Shown: in pieces, positions 21,702-31,174 of the stretch | How the letters are laid out: the number at the start of each line of letters is the position of its first letter | Numbering within the stretch: the first letter of the stretch is position 1 | Source of the DNA: Barthelona sp. PCE | Taxonomy: Eukaryota | Assembly: GCA_040285745.1 (NCBI GenBank) | Contig: JAUFOR010000004.1 | Location: 1,116,001-1,180,000, forward strand | Length of the DNA stretch: 64,000 nt | Reading direction: 5' to 3' | Notes under the pieces: model-generated | Seen by the model: the letters and a program-made list of their open reading frames with translations, nothing else | Databases searched by the model: none | What the model was told of the DNA's origin: nothing | Translations under genes and position numbers: made by a program

Positions 21702-22829
21702 ATGTGTGGGGGAGAGCATTGTAAAGGGCAGGGGAACTGTGAGAATTGTCAAAACTGTACTTGCAAAGATCATGAACACAGCAACACAGAATTAACTGCA
21801 GTAGATATGAATTCCATTCAAAAAGTCCTGAATTCAATGCGGACATACCACAGTGTTTTCATGCAGAAGATATTAAATGAATTTGACCTGTTCCAAGCTC
21901 TTAGCACCGAACATCAACAACGTTACACATCATATGAGGATAGACAGAACCGTTATGTTGATAGCGTTGGTGCTAACCAAGCATTTTTCAGGTTATTATT
22001 ATCATTCACTGATGTATACCTGAACTATGAAGGAAATTTTGAAATAGATGAAAACATTCAGCCAGATCCTGTTCAACATCAAAAGAACCAACAAATATTC
22101 GGGCTTATAGCAAGAGAGTGGAGCGCAGAATATGCAACTGAACGAGATGAATCATTTGGCGTTCTTTTAAATACATTAAAAGAAAATGTACCATGTACTG
22201 ACGATGTTGCAGTATTAATTCCTGGAAGCGCATGCGGAAGACTCGGGTGGGAAGTTTCTAAGCTGGGTTATAATAGTATTATGAATGAATTTGGATTTCA
22301 AATGCAATTATTGAGCAATCTTTTTTTGAATGTTGTTAACAAACCGGAATCTTTAACAATGTACCCGTATATTCACGATGCATGTAACCATGTGTCGCTT
22401 GATACGATGTTTAGGCGTGTTTTAGTCCCTGATCAATGTCCAGTAATGGAGGGGAGTGAAGAAAATGGTGAAATGTCGTTGTTATGTGGAGAATTCGTTG
22501 CTACATTCAGCAAAGAACAGTACAAAGATTCATTTGACTGTATTATGAGTTGTTTTTTCTTAGATACAGCTGTTAATATTTTTGAATACTTTGATACTAT
22601 CGTACATTGTTTAAAACCAGGTGGTATTCTAACCAATATCGGGCCCCTGGCATGGCATTGGAAAGATAAAAGTATCGAATTGACATTCTTAGAAATTAAA
22701 GAGATACTTGAAGGTTATGGTTTCGAATTTTTAGAATTAGATATGAAAGAAACAACATACGCTAGTTGTGAACATAGTCTTATGCCAACCGTATATGAGA
22801 CTGTATACTTTGTTGCTAAACTTAATTAG
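21702..22829 (+). CDS. CARNMT1: Carnosine/protein-histidine N-methyltransferase (N2227 family)
   Basis: AREWS..ER, VLIPG..CGRL, NEF, YPYIH, CFFLDTAVNIFEY, LKPGG..NIGPL.WHW, SIELT. Confidence 0.88.
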   Translation: MCGGEHCKGQGNCENCQNCTCKDHEHSNTELTAVDMNSIQKVLNSMRTYHSVFMQKILNEFDLFQALSTEHQQRYTSYEDRQNRYVDSVGANQAFFRLLLSFTDVYLNYEGNFEIDENIQPDPVQHQKNQQIFGLIAREWSAEYATERDESFGVLLNTLKENVPCTDDVAVLIPGSACGRLGWEVSKLGYNSIMNEFGFQMQLLSNLFLNVVNKPESLTMYPYIHDACNHVSLDTMFRRVLVPDQCPVMEGSEENGEMSLLCGEFVATFSKEQYKDSFDCIMSCFFLDTAVNIFEYFDTIVHCLKPGGILTNIGPLAWHWKDKSIELTFLEIKEILEGYGFEFLELDMKETTYASCEHSLMPTVYETVYFVAKLN

Positions 22830-23604
22830 GATTTTTTTTTCTTTTTTTCCGGTTTTTTTTCCTTTCGATTAATTGTGCAATTTTTGAATGTAAATCATCA
22901 CGCTCATTTTTAACATTGGTATATTTCTTTCTAATATTTTCGTTATCATTGCTTAACTTTCGTACTAAACGTAGTAGTTCTTCATTTCTACGTTGCAAAA
23001 CAACCAGCTGTTTATGAATTTCTTCATTTTCACCATTTCCAACAGTCATGGTCTCCAGGTCTTGAACAACACTTTCCATTTGTTTCATTTGTTGAGTCAT
23101 TTGATTACGATTAGAAACTAACTCAGTTTTTAGTTTTTCATTTTCTTGCTTTAAAGATATAATAATCGCATTGTCTTTTTCTTTTTCAACAAGAAATATG
23201 TTCTTTATCTTGTTAATCTGTTTTAATAAAGTTTGTTGAGTTACAAATGTAGTAATATCTTCGTGTCTAAAAAGAAGCTCTTCATAATTCGGAAATACCT
23301 TTAGTGGACTGTCAATCATGGGGTTCTCGACAAAGAGAAGCCTGAATGCTTGCTTAGAATCGCTTAAATCTGACTTTATGCGAGAGTATTGCGCATTCAA
23401 TTCCTCGATTTGCTGTTTGAGAATCATATTTTCAGCCATTGCAGCTGAACTTTCAGCTAGAAAAGCATCATTGGAGAAATTTGGATCGGTTTTTGCGTTT
23501 AGAACGATTGCTTTTTGTAAAAGCCCTTGTAGTGATGATTTTTCTTGCATTTTATCATCACTAAACCTATCAAAGCTCCCTAGAAAGTACTTAACATCTT
23601 CCAT
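22822..23604 (-). CDS. Coiled-coil protein
   Basis: Heptad-rich 260-aa ORF with a basic tail. Overlaps the CARNMT1 stop by 8 bp. Confidence 0.65.
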   Translation of the reverse strand: MEDVKYFLGSFDRFSDDKMQEKSSLQGLLQKAIVLNAKTDPNFSNDAFLAESSAAMAENMILKQQIEELNAQYSRIKSDLSDSKQAFRLLFVENPMIDSPLKVFPNYEELLFRHEDITTFVTQQTLLKQINKIKNIFLVEKEKDNAIIISLKQENEKLKTELVSNRNQMTQQMKQMESVVQDLETMTVGNGENEEIHKQLVVLQRRNEELLRLVRKLSNDNENIRKKYTNVKNERDDLHSKIAQLIERKKNRKKRKKNPN

Positions 23605-23643
23605 TTCATGAAAAGGGATGTATTTATTGAACCGTAATTGATC

Positions 23644-24870
23644 TTAACTAAAACTTTTTGCTTTCTCTAATGCATATGTAAAATCCGGTATTTCCACAGC
23701 CAACTTCCTCACAAATGCTATTGCATCACTTTCAAAACTCAATAAATCAGCAAATTCATCATCTGTTGCTGACCAAAAATCTTTTGAAGCATTCACGATG
23801 AAAACACCATTACACTTCAGCCTATTGACTTGTAAAGCTCTCTGTGGAGGTAATAAACTTCTAAATTTGTTCACTGTATTTGGTATAAAAGGTCTTTTAA
23901 TTGTACTGAAAGCTATAGGTAACTGTGGTGTATCATTTCTATTATTATTTTTCTGTAATGGGTTTGAAATGATATCACTTCTTCTAGTATTACTATCTGG
24001 TTCAGATAAAGTATCATAATTAGGGTCAAACAACTCTTCAGTATCCAAATGTACTTCTTCCTTTAATGTGCGCGGCCTAATATCGTTTCCGGCAATCTGG
24101 GCAAGTAACATAGTTGGTAAACTTTCTAATAGTCTTACATGAGGAACTTGAAGCACAGGTTTTGTCCAATGCACTAATTTTTTGTTTTCAAACTCAAAAT
24201 TATGAAACGTAAGCACTGTCCCAGACAGCACAGACTCTAACAAACGATGATTCAACAAAGGAAGCCATAACACTGTAAAAAATGATTTTTCTGTATCAAG
24301 ATCTGTATTCTTTAATGTTAATATCTCTGGGAAGTCCCGCTTGAACTCCTTGATTCGGTTCCAAAGAGGTTTTCTCAAATATGGTGGATGTGAATCTTTA
24401 AATTGGAAGACTTGTACACTTGTATCTTCAACTTCATTAATAGATGATGTGCAAAAGATCTGCTTGAATCCATCATAGCGCTTCAGAGCGGATGTTTTCA
24501 CCCATAACTCTATACAGCTGAGAATAGGAGTGAAATATATTGGTAGAACGTTGGAATACATTTTTAGATATGTGAGGAATCCTGTAGGACAGTTGTAAAA
24601 GTTCCACAGATCCTGTAACTCATATTCCATAACGTTAGAATCTACTTCACTTAAAAAAGTATCGTGAAAGCTTCTTGTCCTTATATCTGGTGGTGAAGCC
24701 CCAGATTCTGACCCCAGAGAGGAGGAATAATCGAGTTCTGGAGCAGATAACCTTCGTTTAGATGGTGAAGTATTACTTATCGCTTGTGTGGGCGCGATAA
24801 ATGGTGCTGTTGATGATGCAAACGCAGCCACGTTTGACGTGTTCCCCAATGATGCAAACATTGTTGACAT
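23644..24870 (-). CDS. DUF789 family protein
   Basis: YELQDLWNFY, YFTPILSCIELW, F..PPYLRKPL..I, FP..TL..DL..S.F.V.W.P, LTFH. Confidence 0.75.
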   Translation of the reverse strand: MSTMFASLGNTSNVAAFASSTAPFIAPTQAISNTSPSKRRLSAPELDYSSSLGSESGASPPDIRTRSFHDTFLSEVDSNVMEYELQDLWNFYNCPTGFLTYLKMYSNVLPIYFTPILSCIELWVKTSALKRYDGFKQIFCTSSINEVEDTSVQVFQFKDSHPPYLRKPLWNRIKEFKRDFPEILTLKNTDLDTEKSFFTVLWLPLLNHRLLESVLSGTVLTFHNFEFENKKLVHWTKPVLQVPHVRLLESLPTMLLAQIAGNDIRPRTLKEEVHLDTEELFDPNYDTLSEPDSNTRRSDIISNPLQKNNNRNDTPQLPIAFSTIKRPFIPNTVNKFRSLLPPQRALQVNRLKCNGVFIVNASKDFWSATDDEFADLLSFESDAIAFVRKLAVEIPDFTYALEKAKSFS

Positions 24871-24925
24871 GCTGCAAAATTAAAGATTGTGAAATGGAAT
24901 TTGTATTAAAATGCAATCACTACAA

Positions 24926-26806
24926 TCATTTATTTTCAATAGCAACCATCAGTTGATCAATCTGGTTGCATAGATCAATGTTAAGTGTTGAAGCTTCATT
25001 CAATTCATTAACTTTTGACACTAATTCAATTTTGTTTTCAACAAGCTCTTTTTGTAATTTCTCAATAGTATTTAACATCTCCATCTCTCTATTTCGATGT
25101 GCTGCTTTCAAATTACTTAATGTAGTCTCAGAATTCAACGCTCTACTCAATAATCTTTCTCTATCTTCATTATTTACGCCTATTTCATTTGAAATTTGCT
25201 TCACATGCTTCTCTAATTCTTCATTTCTCGTTTTTAATGTATAGTTTTCTCGTTCTAAAGATTCTATCTTTGCATACAAGTTATGCATCTCACTTTCATA
25301 CCCCTTGATTACATTTTGTGTTGTTCCAATGATGTTACTGTCAATCTGATGCGTGGATAAACTGCGTTCAAGCATTGTACTTGATTCTCTTTTCATTTTG
25401 GATAAAACTCGCAAAATAATCTCTTTTTCATCATTAGAAAGTAAAAATGTATCTAATTCCAACTCATTTATACCCATTAAATCATTACTGGAACAGTTAC
25501 TCACAAATATCTTAAAATTTTGATTGTTTGTCACCCTAAGCAACAAATTTCTCAGTCTACCAATGGGGTTCTCTGCTACAGCTCCTGGATTGGGAACCTT
25601 GCCGAAATCTAATACACTAACACTGTGTATTTTCTTATCAACAAAACGTGAAGGTGATATTGGTGTATGATGAGCAGGTGAATGATGAGTAGGTGAATGC
25701 TGGGGTGGAGATAAGATAAAATTATCAGGTATGTTACCCCCTTCAAAATCTATTGTATGCTCTGCAATTAATGGTGTTCTGTTAGAGTTACTTACGGGTA
25801 CAATAAGGCTTGTTATTCTTGTTTTAATCGGTGTAGAAGAGCCTAACAGTTCTATAGTTAGATAATAATCACATATACAACAGGGAGATTTAAAAGAAGG
25901 CTGTAAAACAGGTATATCTAATGTAAAAGAAAAATTGGTCTGCTCTAACGGTCTCACCATAACGTCCTCCAAAGATAATTTCTTTCTAACAACCGTATTA
26001 CCTTTTTTAAAACGATGACCTCCAGCAATACCAAATAAAGCTTGTTTTAATTTAATATTGATTGGTCCTAAAATTGAAACCGTCTCATTATTAACAACCA
26101 TTTGCACTTGTGTTTTTTCGGATAAATGTGAAGCAATGTGTACTGTACAATCAACATTTGATGTACCTACAATATTTGATGATGTGCATGATCTTTCTTC
26201 CATTTGAATGAAAGCTGGTAATATATAAATTGGATGCTCTTTTATAATACGGTCAAAAGCACTTGTTTTAATTGAAATTCGCAGTTTAGATTGGATTTTA
26301 TACGCTGATGTATTGAGATTACAAGGATAATTTGAAGGAATGAAAATAGAAAAGTCAAATGTGTGCATTCCTTTTTTAAAAATGAAATCTTTTTGCTCTA
26401 AAAACGTTGCATCTGACGACTCAATCATCTCAGATGAATCATTAGAAACAAAAAAAGTAAGAATCTCTAATGTAAATTCATTACAAACACAATCTTGAGG
26501 AATAACAATGTTAATCCCCCCTGGTACCTCTGTGTTCTGGTTCATCTTCGAATCATTCATCACAATCCTCAATAAAGAATGTGATAGACCAGAAGTGGAT
26601 GTGTCAAAATTTTCAAATGAATGATTCAAAACAGATATGCGCAGATTCTTCCCATTGATATGTTGCGGGAGATCTGGTGTGGACCCCCAATGTGATGCTG
26701 ACATGCGCGAGAATGAACTATGCAAAGAATTTAATGAATCTCTGCGGGTCAAACTCAAACCGTCCTTAAAGCTTGATACGGACGGAGTCAAAGTTCTGTG
26801 ATGCAT
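24926..26806 (-). CDS. Arrestin-domain protein with a C-terminal coiled coil
   Basis: FKKGMHTFDFSIFIP..P (arrestin-N) and FTLDIPVLQPSF..ICDYYLTIE (arrestin-C). The last ~140 aa are coiled coil. Confidence 0.7.
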   Translation of the reverse strand: MHHRTLTPSVSSFKDGLSLTRRDSLNSLHSSFSRMSASHWGSTPDLPQHINGKNLRISVLNHSFENFDTSTSGLSHSLLRIVMNDSKMNQNTEVPGGINIVIPQDCVCNEFTLEILTFFVSNDSSEMIESSDATFLEQKDFIFKKGMHTFDFSIFIPSNYPCNLNTSAYKIQSKLRISIKTSAFDRIIKEHPIYILPAFIQMEERSCTSSNIVGTSNVDCTVHIASHLSEKTQVQMVVNNETVSILGPINIKLKQALFGIAGGHRFKKGNTVVRKKLSLEDVMVRPLEQTNFSFTLDIPVLQPSFKSPCCICDYYLTIELLGSSTPIKTRITSLIVPVSNSNRTPLIAEHTIDFEGGNIPDNFILSPPQHSPTHHSPAHHTPISPSRFVDKKIHSVSVLDFGKVPNPGAVAENPIGRLRNLLLRVTNNQNFKIFVSNCSSNDLMGINELELDTFLLSNDEKEIILRVLSKMKRESSTMLERSLSTHQIDSNIIGTTQNVIKGYESEMHNLYAKIESLERENYTLKTRNEELEKHVKQISNEIGVNNEDRERLLSRALNSETTLSNLKAAHRNREMEMLNTIEKLQKELVENKIELVSKVNELNEASTLNIDLCNQIDQLMVAIENK

Positions 26807-26891
26807 ATGTGGGTCAGATAAACATACAAATCGTTACTGAAAAGGTAGTATAATCGTGTTACACCTTTTATTCAGCTTTTCTAAAGGGCAT

Positions 26892-29270
26892 ATGTTGTCA
26901 GAAGAGTCATCCAGACACTCAGTGTCTGATAATGATAAGCATAGCATATTAAGTATGGAAGGACTTGATTTTGTTTTTCCATACAGCGCATTTGTTTCTA
27001 TAGATGAAAGTTATGGAGATATGTACTGCTTAACCCCAGCAGAGGACAGGTCAAGCATTCTATTTCAGATGATATCCCTTGGCACAGAGGATAAATCCGT
27101 TAATTGTGAAATAGAGCTGCCTCTCACTGAAATGCCCAAATTAGTAAGGGTTAACCGTGACCACACAATTCTTGCGACAGTTAATGATGATTGTATAAGG
27201 TTGTTTGGCTTGCAAGCAGAGATGGATGTGTTTTTTAAATTTTCTCGTAATCATATAGTATTAGATATGCGATGGCTCTTTAATAATCAATTCTTTTTAG
27301 TCACATCCATTGGAGCAGAGTTATTTTATATTAATTTTTCAAAAAACAAGTTGGTTTCAGAAAAAAAAATCAATTTGCAAGTTGGTTGGCATAAATTTAT
27401 TCCTGATTCACAATGTTTATTCCTTGGGTCTCATGCATCACAGAGCCGTATGAGGCGCAGAACATTCTTTAAAACACATGTTCAGCCGTTATTATTTAAA
27501 GAATCAAATCTAATCAAACTTCGATCGTTTTCTTTGAATTTTAATTCAGAACCAGATTTTAACAAAGATATTTTACTATGTAACGTTGGTGAGAAGCTTG
27601 TTCTTTTCATTAATAATTATATTGAAAAGAAAAATATTCATTGTATCAATGTTTATTTTTTTGATGGGATTTCTTTATATAATTCATTTGAAATTACTCT
27701 TCCAATGGCATTGATCAAGATGTTTGTGATCAATAGAGCTCTAATTGTAATTTTTGGCAATGATGAAGTACAACAAGTTGAGATTTTTGATTTACCCATT
27801 GATAGTGATGGTAGTTTTGTTGTTCCAATGGATAACAATGATGAAATAACAACGCTCACCGCTCTCAATAGCTTCTCTCAGACAGATATGTGCGTTTCTA
27901 CCCAAGTTTTTCGTGATTCAACATTTCCTTTTAGTGGTAACAGTATACTAACTGGGTTTCCATTTGTTTATGCCTTACATGGTGTCAGTGCTTTTGGGTT
28001 TATTCCGGTAGGAGAATGTAGAGTTTGGAGTGTAGGTTTTAATTATCGTCATATGGCTACATTTTGGCCTGTGTTAAATCAAGAAGAACCTCATCTTGAA
28101 TCTGATCGATATTTCCTATTTGATGGTTCATCAAAAGATATTACAGTTCCCCTTAATGGATCTCCATTCACAACTTTATTAGTATTTCTCAAATTTTTAT
28201 GCAGGCGTAATGAAATTTCACATATTACAGTCAAATTAGCATTGATGTTTGTACGTAATTTAATCCTTGTTGGTGCTCCACTTACGCTTCAACTCCAAAT
28301 TTTTAATCTTTTTGTTAGAACTCAGGTTGTTAATGCCATCTCTTTAGAACGTCAAAGTAAGGCTGTTTTAGTTCGTGAAAAGACTAGAGTGAACACATAT
28401 CAACGCATGTTAGAGATTGTTTTACCTCATACACGTTATCTAGAACGTACCTTCTTTACTCCACAACAGACAACTATGAAACCTGTTCGTGTATTATCAC
28501 CTGTCCTATCACCCCATTTGGTGAAACACATCAAGAGAAGTTCTATGTTGAATCCTTGGGAGGTACCTCCCTTCTTCAGAATTAGTGAAGAACAAGTTGT
28601 ATTAAGCATATTTGAACCTTTAATTGAAACCCGTACACCAATGTTATGTGAAAGTTTCTTAGTTTATGTATCCCTATTAGTCCAACATCGCGTAATAATT
28701 ACATCAGATCTAGTTGAAAATACATTGATAAAAACGTTATGGACTTATGATGAGCCCAATCTATTACGTATTCTTTTACAATCCAGGTTGATTAGAGACA
28801 CTGAGAAGAATACAATTTTGTTAATGAATACTATCTTTGATAATATTCGTTTTAGAGAATTTATTCAAAATTGTGGGGATATGATTTGTAGAATGACAGA
28901 TACAGAAGATTCTTTGATCTTTTTGAACAAGATTGCACCTCATGAAAGTATTTTATTGAGTAGATTGAAAGACGATTTGAAATTAAACGAATTAACTCAA
29001 GTTCAACCGGCTAAAAAGAACTTTTTAGAAACTAAATTACGAAAATTAAGCCTTAATGAATGTTATATTTATTATGATTTGATAGATAGATTAGGATGTG
29101 AACCTATAAGTAGTATTCGAAAAAATTTTTTCCAATATAAGAAGAATTGGACCAGCAATGATTTAGAAATTCAAGATGCAATTGAAAATGATACATTTAA
29201 GATTGATAATCCAGAAAATGTTTTAAAAAAAACTGTTGCAATTGAGAAAAATATTAATGTTTTTCTTTAA
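26892..29270 (+). CDS. RMC1: Regulator of MON1-CCZ1 (Mic1/C18orf8-like)
   Basis: N-terminal beta-propeller-like region. C-terminal FLVYVSLL..HRV..LIKTL..LLRILLQSRLIRD resembles the Mic1 domain. Confidence 0.65.
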   Translation: MLSEESSRHSVSDNDKHSILSMEGLDFVFPYSAFVSIDESYGDMYCLTPAEDRSSILFQMISLGTEDKSVNCEIELPLTEMPKLVRVNRDHTILATVNDDCIRLFGLQAEMDVFFKFSRNHIVLDMRWLFNNQFFLVTSIGAELFYINFSKNKLVSEKKINLQVGWHKFIPDSQCLFLGSHASQSRMRRRTFFKTHVQPLLFKESNLIKLRSFSLNFNSEPDFNKDILLCNVGEKLVLFINNYIEKKNIHCINVYFFDGISLYNSFEITLPMALIKMFVINRALIVIFGNDEVQQVEIFDLPIDSDGSFVVPMDNNDEITTLTALNSFSQTDMCVSTQVFRDSTFPFSGNSILTGFPFVYALHGVSAFGFIPVGECRVWSVGFNYRHMATFWPVLNQEEPHLESDRYFLFDGSSKDITVPLNGSPFTTLLVFLKFLCRRNEISHITVKLALMFVRNLILVGAPLTLQLQIFNLFVRTQVVNAISLERQSKAVLVREKTRVNTYQRMLEIVLPHTRYLERTFFTPQQTTMKPVRVLSPVLSPHLVKHIKRSSMLNPWEVPPFFRISEEQVVLSIFEPLIETRTPMLCESFLVYVSLLVQHRVIITSDLVENTLIKTLWTYDEPNLLRILLQSRLIRDTEKNTILLMNTIFDNIRFREFIQNCGDMICRMTDTEDSLIFLNKIAPHESILLSRLKDDLKLNELTQVQPAKKNFLETKLRKLSLNECYIYYDLIDRLGCEPISSIRKNFFQYKKNWTSNDLEIQDAIENDTFKIDNPENVLKKTVAIEKNINVFL

Positions 29271-29754
29271 GTCGATCACAACCAAAATAACGTCTTAAAA
29301 GTGTCAAATTGGCTATTGCTGTTGGCCAATGTGTTCTATGTGTACCTAATTTGGATTCCTCTTCTCCAATACGCTCAAGAACTTCATCAGCCGTTGTGTT
29401 AGAGTTTAGCAGCATTTCTATGGTTTGTTGAGATGGAGATATATTGTCCACACTGTCATTTTCCTGTTGTAAAATTGAACGAGCCCGATTTTCCGGGTTT
29501 AGTAAATAACGAAATGCTCTAATTTTCTGTTCATTCTCGCTCTGATTCTTTGACGCCAATATTGAATCAGCAACGGTGCTCATATCGATCTGATCAAGTG
29601 CTGGAGTTAGTCCAAGAATTGAAAATGGATCATGCACGGTGAAATAATCTGGATCACCACATATACAGTCTTCTGGTAAACATTCCTTTGGTGTGTTGAT
29701 TGAAGCTCTAAAAACACCCACTTGACAGGCAGATTTGCCACGAAAGATGTTCAT
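29254..29754 (-). CDS. Degenerate HscB/Jac1/Hsc20-like co-chaperone (J-domain lacks HPD)
   Basis: Cys cluster, DPFSILGL..QID, IRAFRYLLNPENRARSIL (~INxAYxTLxxPxxRAxYLL), and C-terminal AIANLTLLRRYF (~HscB oligomerisation helix). Confidence 0.6.
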   Translation of the reverse strand: MNIFRGKSACQVGVFRASINTPKECLPEDCICGDPDYFTVHDPFSILGLTPALDQIDMSTVADSILASKNQSENEQKIRAFRYLLNPENRARSILQQENDSVDNISPSQQTIEMLLNSNTTADEVLERIGEEESKLGTHRTHWPTAIANLTLLRRYFGCDRLKEKH

Positions 29755-29916
29755 ATAGGTTAGAATTGATAAACAACAGGTTTTCTATGTATTGGTCTCG
29801 TGAGTTACATGTATCATTAGGCATACTACAACAATTAAGATATACTATATGTGAAAAACAATATGGTTGATTGTAAAAAATATTACTACCTTTCTCCTAC
29901 ATTTTTACAGGTAGAA

Positions 29917-30255
29917 ATGGGCAAAAAGGGAGGAAAAGAAGTACAACTGGCAAAAGAAGAAGAAATTATTCATCATAGAACAGAAGAAAATGAAGTTGAA
30001 AATGAATTGCTCCAAGATATTGATATGAACACCATAGATAGAAAGTTGAAGGGGCTGCATCGGCTATTTAACGAACAGGCAGCTGGAAGTAGACTTGAAA
30101 CTGAACAAATTTTTTCAGAACTACCACAACCTATTAAAGCACAGGATATTGAGCTATTAATCAGTCAGTTACTACGAGAGAGCGACACACAGGTGCTCAG
30201 GGAGGCCAAATTTATCAACGTGTTACATTCTGAGTTGAATGCAAAACACGAATAA
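29917..30255 (+). CDS. Small hypothetical protein
   Basis: ATG at 29917 (MGKKGGK) after a pyrimidine-rich leader. 112 aa. Confidence 0.55.
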   Translation: MGKKGGKEVQLAKEEEIIHHRTEENEVENELLQDIDMNTIDRKLKGLHRLFNEQAAGSRLETEQIFSELPQPIKAQDIELLISQLLRESDTQVLREAKFINVLHSELNAKHE

Positions 30256-30608
30256 CAAATATTTTTTATAAACACCAAAAAGATCTCAAATCGGGTGGTT
30301 GATTAATAGTCCTGTTTGAAGCGAGTTATATACCATATCCGTTATGTTGTTTTGTAATTTTTTGAATCACAGATTTTTTTAATAATTTGCGTTAGTCAGG
30401 TATATGTCTCTTGCATTTAAAAATTTTTTCATTCAACTTTATGTGCTAACCATGGATTTTAGCAGCGTAGTAGTATGTGTTAGGTTACGTATGATTATTT
30501 ACAGTTAACAAGCGAATTTTTTATTACATAATTAGTTGAATTTGTGATGATTATTAATGGGAATGGTTGTGATATGATGTAGATACAGTAAATTAATGTT
30601 GAAAATCG

Positions 30609-30800
30609 TTATACTAGTTCACAAGAAGAAGTTATTTCACGATTTTGCTTTTTAAAGTCCTTAAAATAAGATGGGCTAATTGCATCAATGGAATAAGAGT
30701 TTTTTTCATCGTTTTTAAGCGTGTAAGTTACGAAAAAAGCAATTCCGACAAGTGAAATTAATATAACAAAGACAAAAGCTATTTGATGTAGTTGAGTCAT
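30609..30800 (-). CDS. Possible small single-pass membrane protein
   Basis: 63-aa ORF with one N-terminal hydrophobic helix and a pyrimidine-rich upstream leader. Confidence 0.35.
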   Translation of the reverse strand: MTQLHQIAFVFVILISLVGIAFFVTYTLKNDEKNSYSIDAISPSYFKDFKKQNREITSSCELV

Positions 30801-31174
30801 TCAAGCAGGATTTTTGGTTAACAAAGAGTGGAAGCGGAGAAGTAAATGGAGAAAAATTTGGAAATGAACCTAGAATCCACTATTTTCATTATTGCTAAAT
30901 TTTTAGCTTTCTGAAGTTGTTAAACGTATTATTGACTTTAAATATAAAGCCTTAACATTTTTTATGTTTGAAAAAAAGAAGATTTTTCAATTTTTGGAAG
31001 AGCATTTGAAGTCCATAGTAAGAATACCAAAATGTAAATAAGAACAACGGCTTTCTCAACGATTCTCATTTGTCATAAGATTGAACATTAAAGAAATATG
31101 CCAGAATCAATCAGTAAACACAAATCAATGCTATCTCTTTTTACACTTGTTTCATCACGGCAAACAACTTGCAT

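Noticed and set aside
29885-29916. Polypyrimidine tract + TACAG before ATG 29917 as a 3' splice site
   Set aside because: No GTATGT-type donor or upstream exon. It fits the general pyrimidine-rich leader seen before most genes.
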